64,000 bases of DNA from Selaginella moellendorffii (taxonomy: Eukaryota; Plantae; Lycopodiophyta), in the NCBI RefSeq assembly GCF_000143415.4, contig NW_003314286.1:263766-327765 (forward strand), given 5' to 3'. Positions 10,788-25,427 of the stretch are shown here, in pieces. The number at the start of each line of letters is the position of its first letter. Positions within the stretch are counted from its first letter, which is position 1. The position numbers were made by a program, and so were the translations under genes. The notes below the pieces were generated by a model that worked only from the letters and a program-made list of their open reading frames with translations, was not told the DNA's origin and did not search any database.

Positions 10788-12392
10788 TCAAGAGAAATCG
10801 TAAACCTCTGGAATCGCCACCGGGAACTGGTCGATGCAATCCGCCCAGGGCCCCTTCTCGCTCGCCTTGATCGTCCGCAGCGCCCGCCACACGGCGCTGT
10901 TACACTTGAACCCGCTCCCAAACGCGATCTGCCACACGCGGTTCCCCTTCCTCATCCTCCCCTTGGCCTCGATGTACGCGAGCTCGTACCAGATCGAGGA
11001 GCTGGACGTGTTCCCGAATCGGTACAGCGTCATCCGCGACGCCTCGACGTGCTCCGCGGTGAGCTGCAAGTTCTTCTCCAGCTCGTCGATCACCGCGCGG
11101 CCGCCCGCGTGGATGCAAAAGTGGTGGAACGCCAGCCGGAAGTCCGGGATGTATGGCTTCACCGCGCGCTTGAACACCTTGCGCGCCACCAGGAAGCTGA
11201 AGAAGATGATCTGCTCGGACAGTGGCAGCACCAGCGGCCCCATGGTCGTGATGTTGGTCTTGAGCGCCTGCCCGGCGATGGCCATGAGATCTTTGGAGAG
11301 CGACACGCCCATCTTGGCGTTCTCGTCCTCCTCCTGGTAGACGCAGCGGAAGGACTTGTCGTCGGCGCCCTTGTGCGTCCGCACGGTGTGGAGGAGCTCG
11401 TACTTGGCGCGGCGGCGGTCGGATCGTCGGTTGCTGAGCAGCATCGCGGCGCCGCCGACGCGGAAGAGGCAATTCGGGATGAGCATCGAGCGGCGGTTGC
11501 CGAAGTACCAGTTCTGGGTGATGTTCTCGGTGCTCACCACGATGGCGTAGTCGTTGCCGTGGACCTGGAGCATGTCCTTGGCGAGGTCGATGGCGATCAC
11601 TCCCGCGCTGCAGCCCATCCCTCCCAGGTTGTAGGAGCGGATGTTGCCGCGCATCTTGTACTTGTTGACGATCATCGCCGAGAGCGATGGCGTGGGGTTG
11701 AAGAGGCTGCAGTTGACGACCAGGATCCCGACGTCCTTGGGCTTGACGCCCGTCTTGTGGAAGAGCTCGTCCAGCGCGCTAAACATGACGGTCTCGGCCT
11801 CCTGCCGCGCCGCATCCATGGATGGTCGCGGCGGGAGGTAGTGCATCGCGGGCGGGAGCGCGGTCTGCTCGCCCAGCCCGGAGCGCTCCAGGATCCGGCG
11901 CTGGAACTCGAGGCTCTTGTCGTCGAAGCTCCCCGACAGCTTGGAGTGCTCCATGAAGGAGGCGAAGGGGACGCGGATGTTGGGCGATGGCTTGTGGCAC
12001 GCGTAGTCGACGAGGAAGACGCTGCGCGGGCGGGACATGAAGTAGACGGTGGCGGCGAAGACGAGCAGCGCGGAGCACGTCATGACGCTGACGAGGTTGA
12101 ATTTGAGGTGGATCCAGAGCTGGTGGATGTCCTCGGGGCCCAGGCGGCCGACCTCGATCGCTACCCCGAGCATCAGCGGGACGAGCGTGAGCGTGATGAG
12201 ATGCGTCACCAGGTAGTGGTAGCCGAGCTTGACGTACTTGAGGTTGACGCTCTGGAGGAAATCCGGGAGCGGCAGCCGCCGTGATCCTCTGGACCCGCTG
12301 CTCCTCCGCAGCAGCCTCCCGCCTCCATCGCCAATTCCGATTCCTGAGGAGGCGCTAGCAGTGGCAGCGGCGCTGGGTCTCTCGTCGGCCAT
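10788..12392 (-). CDS. KCS: 3-ketoacyl-CoA synthase (very-long-chain fatty acid elongase), intronless
   Basis: Motifs [48 protein letters not shown] and [15 protein letters not shown] at 12392. Confidence 0.97.
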   Translation of the reverse strand: MADERPSAAATASASSGIGIGDGGGRLLRRSSGSRGSRRLPLPDFLQSVNLKYVKLGYHYLVTHLITLTLVPLMLGVAIEVGRLGPEDIHQLWIHLKFNLVSVMTCSALLVFAATVYFMSRPRSVFLVDYACHKPSPNIRVPFASFMEHSKLSGSFDDKSLEFQRRILERSGLGEQTALPPAMHYLPPRPSMDAARQEAETVMFSALDELFHKTGVKPKDVGILVVNCSLFNPTPSLSAMIVNKYKMRGNIRSYNLGGMGCSAGVIAIDLAKDMLQVHGNDYAIVVSTENITQNWYFGNRRSMLIPNCLFRVGGAAMLLSNRRSDRRRAKYELLHTVRTHKGADDKSFRCVYQEEDENAKMGVSLSKDLMAIAGQALKTNITTMGPLVLPLSEQIIFFSFLVARKVFKRAVKPYIPDFRLAFHHFCIHAGGRAVIDELEKNLQLTAEHVEASRMTLYRFGNTSSSSIWYELAYIEAKGRMRKGNRVWQIAFGSGFKCNSAVWRALRTIKASEKGPWADCIDQFPVAIPEVYDFS

Positions 12393-13034
12393 CGTTGGGA
12401 TTGTTTCGCGAGCTCCTGTGATACTCTGTTCGACAAAAGCCACGAACTTCTTGTTCTTGGATGAGATTTTTTAGGGTTCTTGGGAGTGAGGGAGGAGAGA
12501 GGCGTGGGTGGCGATGGCGATGGCGATGGCGATGGCGCGACGCATTTAAGGCAAAGCGAGGCCGGATCAGTAGTGCAGTTAAAGGGGCATTCAATGGCAA
12601 CACCAACCTCCACTTTCGGTGAAGAGAGACAGGGCAAAACACACGAAAGAGTTTGGTGCTTTTGTTTTTCTTTCTTGGGCGATCGCTCGCTCGCTCTCTC
12701 GCTCGCTGGAGAGGAGGATTGGGGAGGAATCTCGTTTTCTAGCTGGGATTAGGATGGTGTGTTTGGGATGCTCTCGAGTTCCTAGTGAAATGAAAAAGGT
12801 GGTACATTGGTGGTAATAAGTCGCTCCTTCATTGACTTGGCCGCTCCTCATTTATATCGGGTCTCTTGCGTACAGTGGATGGAGAGAAGAAGAGAGCAGC
12901 GCAGCAGCCATGCCAGCCAGCAGCAACAGGGGAGCAGCCGATTGGTGTGAATTTGATTCAAGTCGGTTGAATTTACAACCCTCTGGCAGGATTCAATCGT
13001 GTTCTTCAATGTCCCTCATGGAGCAAATGCCACC

Positions 13035-13321
13035 GGTCAAGCATTTGCCTCGCCGCTAGATTCCTCGTGAACATAGTCAAACCGAGAACCTTCATGGTCA
13101 GTCCCAAGTCAGTCAACCCATCAGTCAACGCGGTCGCTGATTGCTTCGATGAGTCAACGACGTCAGTAACATGAAAGTACACATGCTGACTGTAGTGTAC
13201 ATCTGGACTCTGGACGCTACGTCGGCGGCAAAATGGCTGACGCGTATCACTTCCAAGTCACAAGTCAACCATCAGTCAACGCACAATGACCCCCATTGGA
13301 TACGAAACAATATCCAGTCAA
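13035..13321 (-). promoter_or_regulatory. Cluster of eight co-oriented W-boxes (TTGACY) upstream of KCS
   Basis: RGTCAA on the + strand at 13035, 13075, 13111, 13123, 13152, 13263, 13274 and 13316. Confidence 0.55.
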
Positions 13322-13368
13322 CATGCTGACTGTAGTGTACATCTGGACGCCACGTAATCGGGCACGCG

Positions 13369-15444
13369 TCACTTCCTCAGGTTCCAGTGGAGCCGCTCGC
13401 GCACGCTACACAGGAAGTGGTGCGTTGCCTCTTCCAGGGACGCTGTTGGGACGGGCCAGGGGGCCATTTGGCATATAAGCTGGTCGCCCGGGGAGAGCTC
13501 CACTCGGTCCTTGCCATCAAACGAAGCCCAGGCGTTTTGGAGCGGGACCTGGACTTTGAGCGTCACGTAGCCGGGAAGGATGAGAGGCCTGAAGGACAGC
13601 GAATGCGGGCATATCGGCGTGAAGAGAATTGCTGGAACCTGAAAGACATGGAGCTGTAAGTCGTTTGGATCCAGAAAAACAAAGAAAAAAGAGGTTTTTG
13701 CAAAGCTTACGTGAGGATGGACCATCGAGCCTCCGGCCGCGAGAGAGTACGCCGTGCTGCCCGACGTTGTGGAGAGGATGAGGCCGTCCCCTTGCACCGA
13801 GGTGAGGAAGACGTTGTCGCAGTAGCACTCGAGGTTCGTGAGGCACGACGACATGCCCCGGTCGATGGAGACTTCGTTGAGAACCAGGTGCATCTCCGAC
13901 GCCGAGCTCTCCCCGTTCCTTACAATCTGGCACTGCATGCGGTGCCGCAGCGTGATGCAAACCGGGCCCTTCATCACGTACTCGAGGCATTCCTTGTAGC
14001 GCTCGCTTTCTGTGAGTTTAGTTAAGTCGAGCAAAAAGAAGATAAAACTTGGAAGGATACGGAATGCCGTCATGAATCCCAAGGAGCCCATTGAAAACGA
14101 AACCATGGGAGGGACGGGTCCTTTGAACAGCGACGCAGCCTGCAAAAGAAGCATAAGTCCGCCAATAAAAAAGCGCTGGTTGTGCTTACCCACAGTACAG
14201 TGCCATCTCCACCCAGAGTGATAACAAGGTCGACTTTGGTGTGTAAGAACAATAACTCTTCTTCTGCAAAAAGCAGACGGCACAGTGAAGAAAATGCTTC
14301 GCTGCAAAGCTTTCAGCCTACCAGAATCCCATGTTTGTACATAAGTGCAGTCCGAGCTTTCGTCAAGCTCATCCTTCACGCGCTGCTCAACGAACACAGT
14401 GATATTTTTCACCTCCTTCAGCCACCTGAAGGCTAGTTTTACATCACGAACAAAAATAAATAAATTTATTTTCCAGGTACCTGATCATTTTCTTGCACAG
14501 CTCTTGCACAGCAGAAGAATTTGGTCGGGTAAAAATACAGACCGCTCGCGGTGTGGATTCCCAAACAAGTATAATCTGCAATGTAGAGAAACCAAGGCAT
14601 CAGATTCCACAGACGATAGTCTCAATTGCAATCAACCTGTTTGTTGCTACTGGTAACGGCACTAATGTTCCCAGAATCGTAGGACACAATGTCATGCTTG
14701 TGCCTTCTATGCCTGTCACCATTATAACTCCATAGCAATTTGAAGGAAGCCTGGAGTCGAAACAATGTAAAACTTTTTCTTTTCCGAAAAACTGCGTACC
14801 TTGTGGCTTGGATGTTGAACAAGAAATTTACAAGACCCGTTTTCTTCCTCTAAAACATCATGTTGCGGTGTTTCAAGCTCACAGCCTTTGACTTCCCGGT
14901 TCTCGACACCTGAGAACTTCCATTAGCAACGAGCCAAGAAATTTAATTTAAAGTGTACAAGTACCTGGAAGATCTTTTTCCTGTAGAAGACTCTCATATT
15001 TTCTTTTCCACTCGGCCGCCTCCAATTGAAGCTGAACGTTACGCTCGGCAACTCTTTTCATCGCATTCGACACAGCTGTTCAAACAGAAAACGAGAGAAA
15101 AGATGTCAGCAGTTCTCACGAAATTCAAGGAGATCTCACGCACTCTGCAAACTGTTGCTAAAGTCGAAAATTTGACGACTAGCGTCCATGGCGGATTTCT
15201 CCGGGCGCGCAAACGTTTGCCATCCCTCGATGCCAAATCTGAGATTTTCCTGCTCCATCCGCGACAGGCTCGCCGACGAATCCTCCCTCCCCAGCGAGCA
15301 CTGCCAAAAATCGAGAATGCAAGTTAGAACAATGCCGAGCACTGGAAAAGGAAAAGGGAAATCACGAGCGCAAACCTGAGTGATCAGCTGGCAGCATGGC
15401 GCCAGAGGCCCGGCATCGGGGGCGCCGGACGCGCCTTGCGCCAT
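13369..15444 (-). CDS. NADK: NAD(H) kinase (NADK1-like), multi-exon
   Basis: Motifs [50 protein letters not shown] and [12 protein letters not shown]. Confidence 0.92.
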
Positions 15445-15595
15445 GAAAAACCTAATCGCCACAACGCGAACACGCAGCACGAGCCCGCTTTCACCATCCA
15501 CACAACACACACACTCAAAGCGTCTCCCGCGAATATCCTCTTTTTACACGTCTCGGTTCGAATCCACCTGTCAGCAGCCCATGGTTCAAATCTCC

Positions 15596-17266
15596 TTACA
15601 AGCAAAATTCCTCTAGGTCGTTGAGAATATTCTCCGTCTCCCTCCTCCAGAGCCCAGCGCCCGCGCAGGCGCCCTTGACGAGCACCGGCGTCGCCAGATG
15701 CCCGAGCTCCAGCGCACGCGCCGCGCAGGACGCCGCGCGGCGCACATCGCCGTGGATCTTGCAGGAATTGAGGAATGTGATCCAGGTGAGGGCGTCGGGC
15801 TCCCAGGGCATGAGATCCATCACCTCCTCGGCGCGGGGGAGCTGCCCGACTCGCCCGAACAGATCCACCAGGCACCGGTAGTGCTGTGCCTCCGGATCAA
15901 TGCCGCGATCGCGCCACATTGACGCGAAGAACTCGCAGCCCTCGTCCACGAGCCCGCCCTGGCTGCACGCCGTGAGGAGATTGACGAATGTGACGCCATT
16001 AGGGCTCACGCCGTGGAGATCCATCGCCCGCGACAGTGCCGCCGCCTCGCCGCGGTGCCCGCTCTGGGCATTTGCCGCCACCATCGCCGTCCATGACACC
16101 ACATTGCGCTCCGGGAGAGAATCGAACACCCGACGTGCGTCCCCGACGCTCCCGTACCTTCCGTACGCGGAGATGAGGGCGTTACCGACCGTACAGTCGC
16201 CCGCGAGGTCGCAGTCACGGGCGCAAGCGTGGCACAGCCGCGCCTCTGCCACGTTGCGACACGCGTCCAGTACGGCGCAGAAGGTGACGCGGTTTGGCCG
16301 AAGTCCCTGGGCGTCCATTGTACGGAAGAGGAGCATCGCCCGCGACAGCTTCCCATTCAGGGCATATGCGCCGATCATGGAGTTAACCGTAACAAGGTCG
16401 CGCGACGGCATATTCCTGTACGTTTGCTCAGCGTCTTCCACGCTCCCGGTGCGTCCGTACGCGTCGATCATGGCGTTCCAGGAGAAGAGATTCGAGACGG
16501 GCATCTTTCGCAGGAGCTCCTTTCCCTCGAGAATATGCCCGTTCTGGGCATATGCTACTAGCATCGCGGTCCACGATACCACATCCCTTTCCGCCAGGGA
16601 ATCGAATACCATCTTGGCCCGCGGAATTTCACTGCATCTGGTGTACATTACGAGGATTCCGGTGGCGATCCGGACGTCCGATTGGAACCCACATTCCGCG
16701 ACCTTGGAATGCATCTCCCGTGCCAGGCCGGGGCAATCGATGCACGACAGAATGCCCACGAATGTCACGCTGGACGGCTTGTGGCCGTCCGATTCCATGA
16801 GCCTTAGAACGCCCACGGCGTCGCGGGACCGCCCAGCCCTGGCGTAGAACGCGATCATCGCGTTCCAGGCGACGTGATCGCGCTCCTCGCGCATCTCATC
16901 GAAGATCCGCCGCGCCTCATCGAGGTGTCCGCTCTGGGCGAGGGCGACGAGCATGAGATTGGAGGAAAAGAGATTGGGCACCGGGATCGCGCGGAACGCC
17001 CGCCGCGCATCGTCCACGCTGCCGCACTTGCCATACATCTGGACGAGGAGATTGGCGAGGAATGTGCTCCTGTCCAGCCCGATTCGAGCCAGGTGATCGT
17101 GGAGCCACTTCCCCTCGTCCAGCGCGCCCAGCTCCCCGCATCGCCGCAGGAGCGTGGCGTACGCCTCCGGATCGAGCGCAGAGCCAGCGAGATTCTCCCT
17201 GCTGAACGCGCCCCTCAAGACGATCGAGCTCTCGGCGGCGAGGATCCCCCTTCTCGCCGCGCTCAT
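15596..17266 (-). CDS. PLS-class pentatricopeptide repeat protein with a partial E domain and no DYW
   Basis: Repeated motifs (MYGKCGSVDDAR, DVVSWTAML, PNGVTFVNLLTACSQGGLV, HYRCLVDLFGRVG, MPWEPDALTW); intronless. Confidence 0.92.
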   Translation of the reverse strand: MSAARRGILAAESSIVLRGAFSRENLAGSALDPEAYATLLRRCGELGALDEGKWLHDHLARIGLDRSTFLANLLVQMYGKCGSVDDARRAFRAIPVPNLFSSNLMLVALAQSGHLDEARRIFDEMREERDHVAWNAMIAFYARAGRSRDAVGVLRLMESDGHKPSSVTFVGILSCIDCPGLAREMHSKVAECGFQSDVRIATGILVMYTRCSEIPRAKMVFDSLAERDVVSWTAMLVAYAQNGHILEGKELLRKMPVSNLFSWNAMIDAYGRTGSVEDAEQTYRNMPSRDLVTVNSMIGAYALNGKLSRAMLLFRTMDAQGLRPNRVTFCAVLDACRNVAEARLCHACARDCDLAGDCTVGNALISAYGRYGSVGDARRVFDSLPERNVVSWTAMVAANAQSGHRGEAAALSRAMDLHGVSPNGVTFVNLLTACSQGGLVDEGCEFFASMWRDRGIDPEAQHYRCLVDLFGRVGQLPRAEEVMDLMPWEPDALTWITFLNSCKIHGDVRRAASCAARALELGHLATPVLVKGACAGAGLWRRETENILNDLEEFCL

Positions 17267-17546
17267 CCACCAAGACCCAGATTTCGAATCCAAAGAGCCC
17301 GCGAGAATCCAACGGCCGAGAGCGCAGTAAGCCCTAGCATTTAAATCCGGCCGATCGTGGACGTTGAAGCGCCAACGGCTAGGATGCGCTGGGCATGGCG
17401 GTGTTTCCCAGGCTCATGTGAAGGGCGCGCCCTGGCGGCAGCGCAGGCTGGGCATTTGCATCGATCGCTGGGCGGCAGAGTGTAGCATAGCTAGGGCGAG
17501 AGGTTTTTAGGTCTGGGCGATCCAGGGGGCGTCGGCGAGGACAGCA

Positions 17547-18334
17547 ATGCAGGCGCCGCAAATGGGCCCTTACACGGGCACTATGATCACGACTGAGCTC
17601 ATCCAGAAGGTATGTGTGTACTTTGGGGGCTAATCTTCGCGATTTTGCGCGAAATTTTGGTTCCAGTGAGTCTAAGCGCTGCTCCAAGATTTTCTTTTGT
17701 TCTTACATTTCTTTAAGGTTATTGATTAAGGCTTACTTTGTTTTCATTGTTTAGTACCTGGACGAGAACAAGCAACTTATCCTGGCGATTCTAGACAACC
17801 AGAACCTGGGAAAGCTTCATGAATGCGCAGCGTAAGCGTCGTCTCCTTTTTTTCTTCCAAAGCTTGATTGTTTTTTCTATGGATTGGAAATTCAGCTACC
17901 AGTCCAAGCTGCAACAAAATCTTATGTACTTGGCTGCCATCGCCGACGCGCAACCTCAAAACCCTCTTCCGGGTGCTCAGGTGTGTTTTTCACTTGCATT
18001 CTTTTTCTTTTCTCAAGAGAAAAACGTCTCGCATTCTTTTCTTGTGTTTGTCTGAAAAGTCTTCTTTTGTTTCCGTAGAGCTTTTTCTTACTTGCATTGT
18101 TTTTCCTTCTATGCATTCCTTGTTATGTCATCAAAGCAGACTCCAGAAAAGGTTTTGCATTTAACTTTGGCATTGTTTTCTTGTGGTTGCCTGAAAAGTC
18201 TTCTTTTGTGCCCGTAGAACTTGCTGATATGATTTCTTCTCTTCACTCCCTCTCTCCAGGTTGCGCAAGCCTCCATGCTCCAAGCAACTCCTCAGTTCAT
18301 GCAGCAGTCCCCGCAGCAAATGGGCATGATGGAT

Positions 18335-18370
<36 letters not shown>

Positions 18371-18751
18371 AACTACACACAAATCCAAATGGCTGCGCTC
18401 CATGCTCTCCAAGCCCAGCAGCGCCAGCAGCAGTTCCAGCAGCAGCAGAGGCTCGTCACCGCGGCGGCATCGGCAGGGATGCTCTTGCAGCCTCCACACT
18501 CGGAGCTAGAGCTGGGTGGCGCTGGAAACGTGAGCAACGGAAACAACATGACGGGCATGGGAGGAGCTTTTCCAGACTACGCTGGCAACGCTGCCAATGG
18601 AGATCTCATGAGGAACTCTGCCGCAGCCGCCGTGAGCGGCGACGCCTCCAAAGGGACCAGCGCCGTCGCCGGATCGTCTGGAGCTACTGCTGCCGATGGT
18701 ACGGGAGACGACGCTGGCTCTACGTTTCTCAAGTCATCAGAGGAAGAGTAA
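17547..18751 (+). CDS. GIF: GRF-interacting factor (SSXT/SNH domain), 4 exons
   Basis: Spliced ITTELIQK/YLDENKQLILAILDNQNLGKLHECA/YQSKLQQNLMYLAAIADAQP, followed by a Q/G-rich tail. Confidence 0.93.
18335..18370 (+). repeat. (CAG)11CAA microsatellite encoding poly-Q in GIF
   Basis: Directly visible in the sequence. Confidence 0.95.
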
Positions 18752-18981
18752 AAAACACCAGGGAGGATTGCAGTAGAATCAGCTACATTCCTTTCTTTAA
18801 CTATGTTTCTTTTCTTTGCTGTTAGTAGGATCATTTGTCACACTTCGGTCTCACACTTGTGCTAGATCTTTTCTCCCGGCGTTACACCCGTTATAATACT
18901 TCCCACTCATTGCCGATCTACATATAAGTAAAGAGAAATGAGGCCTGCCAAGCTCAAGTCTCGTTTTTCAAAGTTTTTTCC

Positions 18982-19500
18982 ATGGATTCCAAGCTGATGA
19001 TCGTTCTACTTCTTGTAGCAGCCACAGCGGCAAACAGTCTCCAACTTCAAAGAAAGGTGGTCGAGAAAAACTCTTGCTTCCTCAAACTCTCTTGCTTGTC
19101 TCCGCAGATATCTTTCTTCGTTCGTCGCAACTGGGAGAACAATCCACCGCCATCTTCATCCCCTCTATCTTCCGGCATGGGGATCGTCCGTGTCATCGAT
19201 AGCCCGATCCATGGCACTCGAAGCAACTCGTCCGAGTGTATAGGCCGGCTCCAAGGATACTCCATCACGGACGCTGCTGGATCGTCGACTCTCTTCTATC
19301 TTACGAGCTCCTTTAATGGAAGTACCATCAAAGGGAACCTCATCTACCAAGGCCGAGCCTCGAGCAGCGCCAGAACACCCGAAGTTTCGGTCACTGGCAC
19401 CTCCGGAGTCTTTCGCTTTGCCAAGGGATACTCGCTCCTCTACATGGACAGCCAAGGGATGCCCGAGAGCGTTGAGAGCTACCTCTACAAGACACTGTAG
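18982..19500 (+). CDS. Secreted dirigent-like protein, probably with a 51-nt in-frame intron at 19057-19107
   Basis: Signal peptide; GIVRVIDSPI, IGRLQGY and EVSVTGTSGVFRFAKGY resemble dirigent motifs. Confidence 0.72.
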   Translation: MDSKLMIVLLLVAATAANSLQLQRKVVEKNSCFLKLSCLSPQISFFVRRNWENNPPPSSSPLSSGMGIVRVIDSPIHGTRSNSSECIGRLQGYSITDAAGSSTLFYLTSSFNGSTIKGNLIYQGRASSSARTPEVSVTGTSGVFRFAKGYSLLYMDSQGMPESVESYLYKTL

Positions 19501-19637
19501 GCGCTGCAAATCTCTTGAATAAATCTGCTATGTGAATTTCGTCGTCGTCATCTTCCTGGAACAAGGAAGAACAAAACCCAGGCGTTATACAAAAACCTTC
19601 GCGTGCTAGCTACCAAGGCCGTAGAGGTGTGCGTGTG

Positions 19638-20572
19638 TTAGAGGAGCTTTAAGCTGCCGGTTACTTCGTCCACGAGTTCGTCGGGACCTGAGAGAACAAG
19701 ATACAATCAAGTTATCTGCAAGCTTTGAGATGGATCAAAACATACCGAGCACGGTCAGGACTGTTCTCGAGTCTGCGTGAAAATAGTAGCATCGTAAGCT
19801 GGAGTCGCCACTTGGGAAAAAAAAAGCATTCAAAATAAAAAACTCACTTGCGGCAATTTGCGTTCTGCCAGCATCGATGGTTATGTGGGTCGGCAACTTC
19901 AGACTCTTGGCTCTACTCTGTAAGGGAGACAACAAAAAAATCTGTAAGCTTACTCGGAAGAACTATTAGTACCTGAAGAAACAATAGCTCCTCTTCGCTC
20001 TCCGTCTTGGTGACGACTTTGACGCTTCCACACATCTCCCACCTTGCAAAGGAAAGAAAACCAGTAAGAATCCAGTAAGAACAAACAAGACAGGCAAATG
20101 CATACCTTTGAAGAGCTTTCGGAGCTCTAAAGAACAGCTTTTTGTACAAACCGAGACTAGAATGGCTGCCAAAGAAATGGAAAGGAAAGTTAACTTAGAC
20201 CAATCAAATAAATCTCTCACCTGCATTGAGCGGCAATCTTCCCTTTCCCCATCTTCAAATCATTCCTCACGACCAAGACCTGGAAAGAATCCACACTGAT
20301 CTTCAGCGGCATTGCCCCCAATCCAAGCGAATCATCCCGCTCACCATCTTGAAATCCTCGTGCTTGTCCGCCAGAACCTCGACTGGATGTAGATCCTTCT
20401 TGCCATCGTACTGGTGAACCGTGGATCTCTTCCCCGCCTGCTTCTTCATCCTGGGAGGCAAGAGAGCCGGCCAGCGTCGGCACAGATAGTAGCCAGCGAT
20501 CAAGCAGCCCGTCCCGACAAGGACAAGCTGCAAATACCCGTGGGAGCACGCGTCCACCGCGTCCTCCATCAT
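19638..20572 (-). CDS. PTH2: Peptidyl-tRNA hydrolase 2, multi-exon
   Basis: N-terminal hydrophobic segment; motifs VLVVRNDLKMGKGKIAAQC, IDAGRTQIA and VDEVTGSLKLL. Confidence 0.93.
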
Positions 20573-20796
20573 CGCCTTGTTAGGGCGCCCGCCATAGCCA
20601 TGTAGCCCTATGAATACGTGGCAGCTATGACATGGGAAAGAAAAAACCCTCCATTTATGACATGAGTCAACCTGAAAAGCACCTAAAACGAGAGGTAAAG
20701 CGGAAAAAAACTCCAGAATCCCCTCCAATGTCATAACGGGTGTGAGCTAAAACCCCTCCATGTCATAAGGGATCCCTCCTAGCAAAAGAGAGAAAA

Positions 20797-22559
<1,763 letters not shown>

Positions 22560-22992
22560 TTACGCGGCCGCGCGAACCATTCACACCATTTCCACGGAAC
22601 AGACACAACCGGTGAGTCGTCCATGTCACCAAGAATATTCTCGCTTTACAATGAACTCGATCAAAAACTAGACAGATCTTGGATCGCTATGGTTTTTTTT
22701 TTCTTCTCCTTCTTCTTCGTTTGTCCTTGCGAAGATCAAGTGTCAGCATTCATGAACAGTGATTCAAAGATTTGTGGTCTTCAGTAGAAAAGAAAAGGAA
22801 GGTTTCACACGTTTTTTAGGGAGCTACTTTGTGGAGCATGCCAAAATGGCGTGAAGGGCGCTCTCCTGGATCTGGGGAAGGAAGAAACAAGCTCGCCCAG
22901 ATCAAACTCCAGCGCCCAACACATTCTCTCGCAAGTTTGCTAGGCCTAGTGCTAGATCATAGATTTTGTTTTCCAAGTTTCTTGGGATCCAG

Positions 22993-25427
22993 ATGGGTCG
23001 AGGACTCCAGCGGAGCCGATGGATGGGACTTTGCGTGGGAATGTGGATGCAAGCCTGCGGCGGGATCTCGTACGCCTTCTCGCTCTACTCGGCGGATTTG
23101 AAGCAAGTCATGGGCTACAACCAGGAGCTCATCGACGCGCTGGGCACCGCCAAGGATATCGGAGGGAATGTAGGCATTGTTTCTGGGCTCTTGATCGACA
23201 GGACCTCCGCGTCTTTCGTGCTCCTCGTCGGTGGCTTGATGCACTTGAGTTTCTACTCGATGGTATGGAGATTTTCTTTTGTGTTCTTACGTGTTTGTCT
23301 CACGTGTTTTTTTGTTTTTTTTTGTTTTTTTTGTTTTTTGTTTTCTCTCCTGGTTGGAACTTGGATCTTCCAATCCAGCTCTACCTTGCATCTACAAAGC
23401 AGATCTTTCCTACACACTGGCAGGTATGATTCCAAGCGAAAGTTTGGATGAATTTTTAAAGGACTTGCTTGGAAGTTCTTCTTTTGTCTGTTAGATGTGT
23501 GGGATTATCATGCTCGGCACTAACGGAGCAACATGGTTTAACACGGCTGTTCTCGTCACCTGGTAATGCTTTCTTTCTTCTTTTGATTTTGAGCATAGGG
23601 AGTGCGTTTCGCTAAAAACTTGGTGGCAGCATGAGAAACTTTCCGTCGGACAGGGGCGTGGTTGTAGGCCTTCTCAAAGGATTTATTGGCCTCAGTGGTG
23701 CCATCTTCACTCAGGTTTGAAGAGCATTCTCGTTCTCAGTCTTAAGTTTTTGTTTCGTTCTTCGTTTTTGCTAAAACGCAGGTCTATACTGCGATTTATG
23801 CACCACACACTGGCCCGTTTCTTCTATTCTGTGCGACGTTTCCACCAATGGTAGCACTCGTTTCCATGCTTTATATTCGTCCTATCGATCCTCCAAGGAA
23901 CAAGGACGAAGCAGACGATCACAAGTTTACAATGCTGTACGTAAGTTTAGGCCAGTGGTAAGCTACACTTTGTCTGGAACGATTCTTAGGCTTTCTTGTT
24001 TATCCCAGATCACCGGTCTCGTATTGGCATTCTACCTTATGTGCATCATATTGCTCCAGGTAACCTTCGTCACTTTCGAGTTAGTGGACCTCTGTTTCTC
24101 TTCTTCCAGGATTTCTTTGTCGTCAGGAAAGCAGCCAGCCAGTTTTTCATGTTTATCATGCTTCTCATTCTTTTGGTTCCTGGTGCCATCTCTGTAAGCA
24201 TACAGTGCTCCCCGCTTTGCTGTTTTCTAAGCTTTCTAGCCTCTGCGTTCTTCCAGCTTCATCCTGCGGATGGAAGACAGAAGATCCATCCTGATACTGA
24301 TAGTCTGTTCGTCAAGACACCGAAAATGCTGAAGAACTCGATAAGAAATCCGATAACTGTAGACGTTGGACACAGGATAGCGGAGCTCCGGAATGATGGA
24401 GCTGTAAATAATGGCGGCTTGCCCGGCTCTCCTTCAAAGTCCAAACTCCGCCTTGGTAGCGATTATACCCTGACTCAAGCTGTGAGGACGGAGGACTTCT
24501 GGTACGTAATTCTCTCCTTCGTTTATCTTCTCTATTCACGTAGTGTTTTTGAGCTCGTTTCTTTCGTAGGCTTTTGTTCTTTGCAATGGGATGTGGCACT
24601 GGCAGTGGTCTCACTGCAATAAACAACTTAGCGCAGGTGTGTATGAGCTATCTTCACACCCACAAAGTTTTGCTCGCAGAACACTACTAAAGCCTCCTGA
24701 TACTTTCAGATGGCCGAGTCTCTGAATTCCAAGAGCATAGGAGCATTTGTCGCGCTGGTTAGCGTGTGGAACTTCCTCGGCAGGCTAGGATCGGGGTAAT
24801 GCTTTTAGATTCCTTTGTCTCCTCTGATTGTTCTGCCGCAGTTATATTTCCGAGTTCTTCATGAAACGGTCCGGAACTCCAAGGCCGGTTTTTCTTCTGA
24901 TTGTTCAAGCGCTCATGGGATCTGCGCATTTGCTCTTTGCTTCCTCGGGTAAAAAGTTTCTTCTCGATTCTCATTGTGATTCTCATGGGTTATGAAAACG
25001 CAGTTCCTTCGTTGCTCTACGGAGCATCGATACTCGTCGGGCTTGCTCACGGAGCTCACTGGACTCTGATGGTGGCAACATCCTCAGAGCTCTTTGGCCT
25101 CAAGAACTTTGGGGCTCTCTACAACACACTCAGGTACAAAAAGCTTCCTTTCGTTTCCTCTTTGTAACAAAAACCAAGAGTTTCTCTCGCAGCATTTCTT
25201 CCACTATTGGATCCTACGTACTATCTGTGAAGTTGGCTGGCTATTTGTATGACCAACAAGCTGCTGCTGCCAACGTGAGGAGGTGCAAGGGACCACAGTG
25301 CTTTCGGCTCACGTTTCTTATCATGGCCTTAGTCTGCTTGATCGGTTGCGTTGCTCTTGTCCGCCTTGTGTCCCGGACGAGGCTAGTCTACCGTGATATT
25401 CAGAGGCTCAAGGCAGCTAGCCGATGA
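22993..25427 (+). CDS. Major facilitator superfamily nodulin-like (NFD4-like) transporter, many short introns
   Basis: Motifs WMQACGGISYAFSLYS, AKDIGGNVG, NFPSDRGVVVGLLKGFIGLSGA, SELFGLKNFG and CKGPQCFRLTF. Confidence 0.92.

Noticed and set aside
10626-12284. 552-aa ORF antisense to KCS
   Set aside because: Shadow ORF expected from the high GC3 codon usage of KCS; no recognisable domain.
15900-16847. 315-aa ORF antisense to the PPR gene
   Set aside because: GC-rich shadow frame with a low-complexity R/S/A composition.
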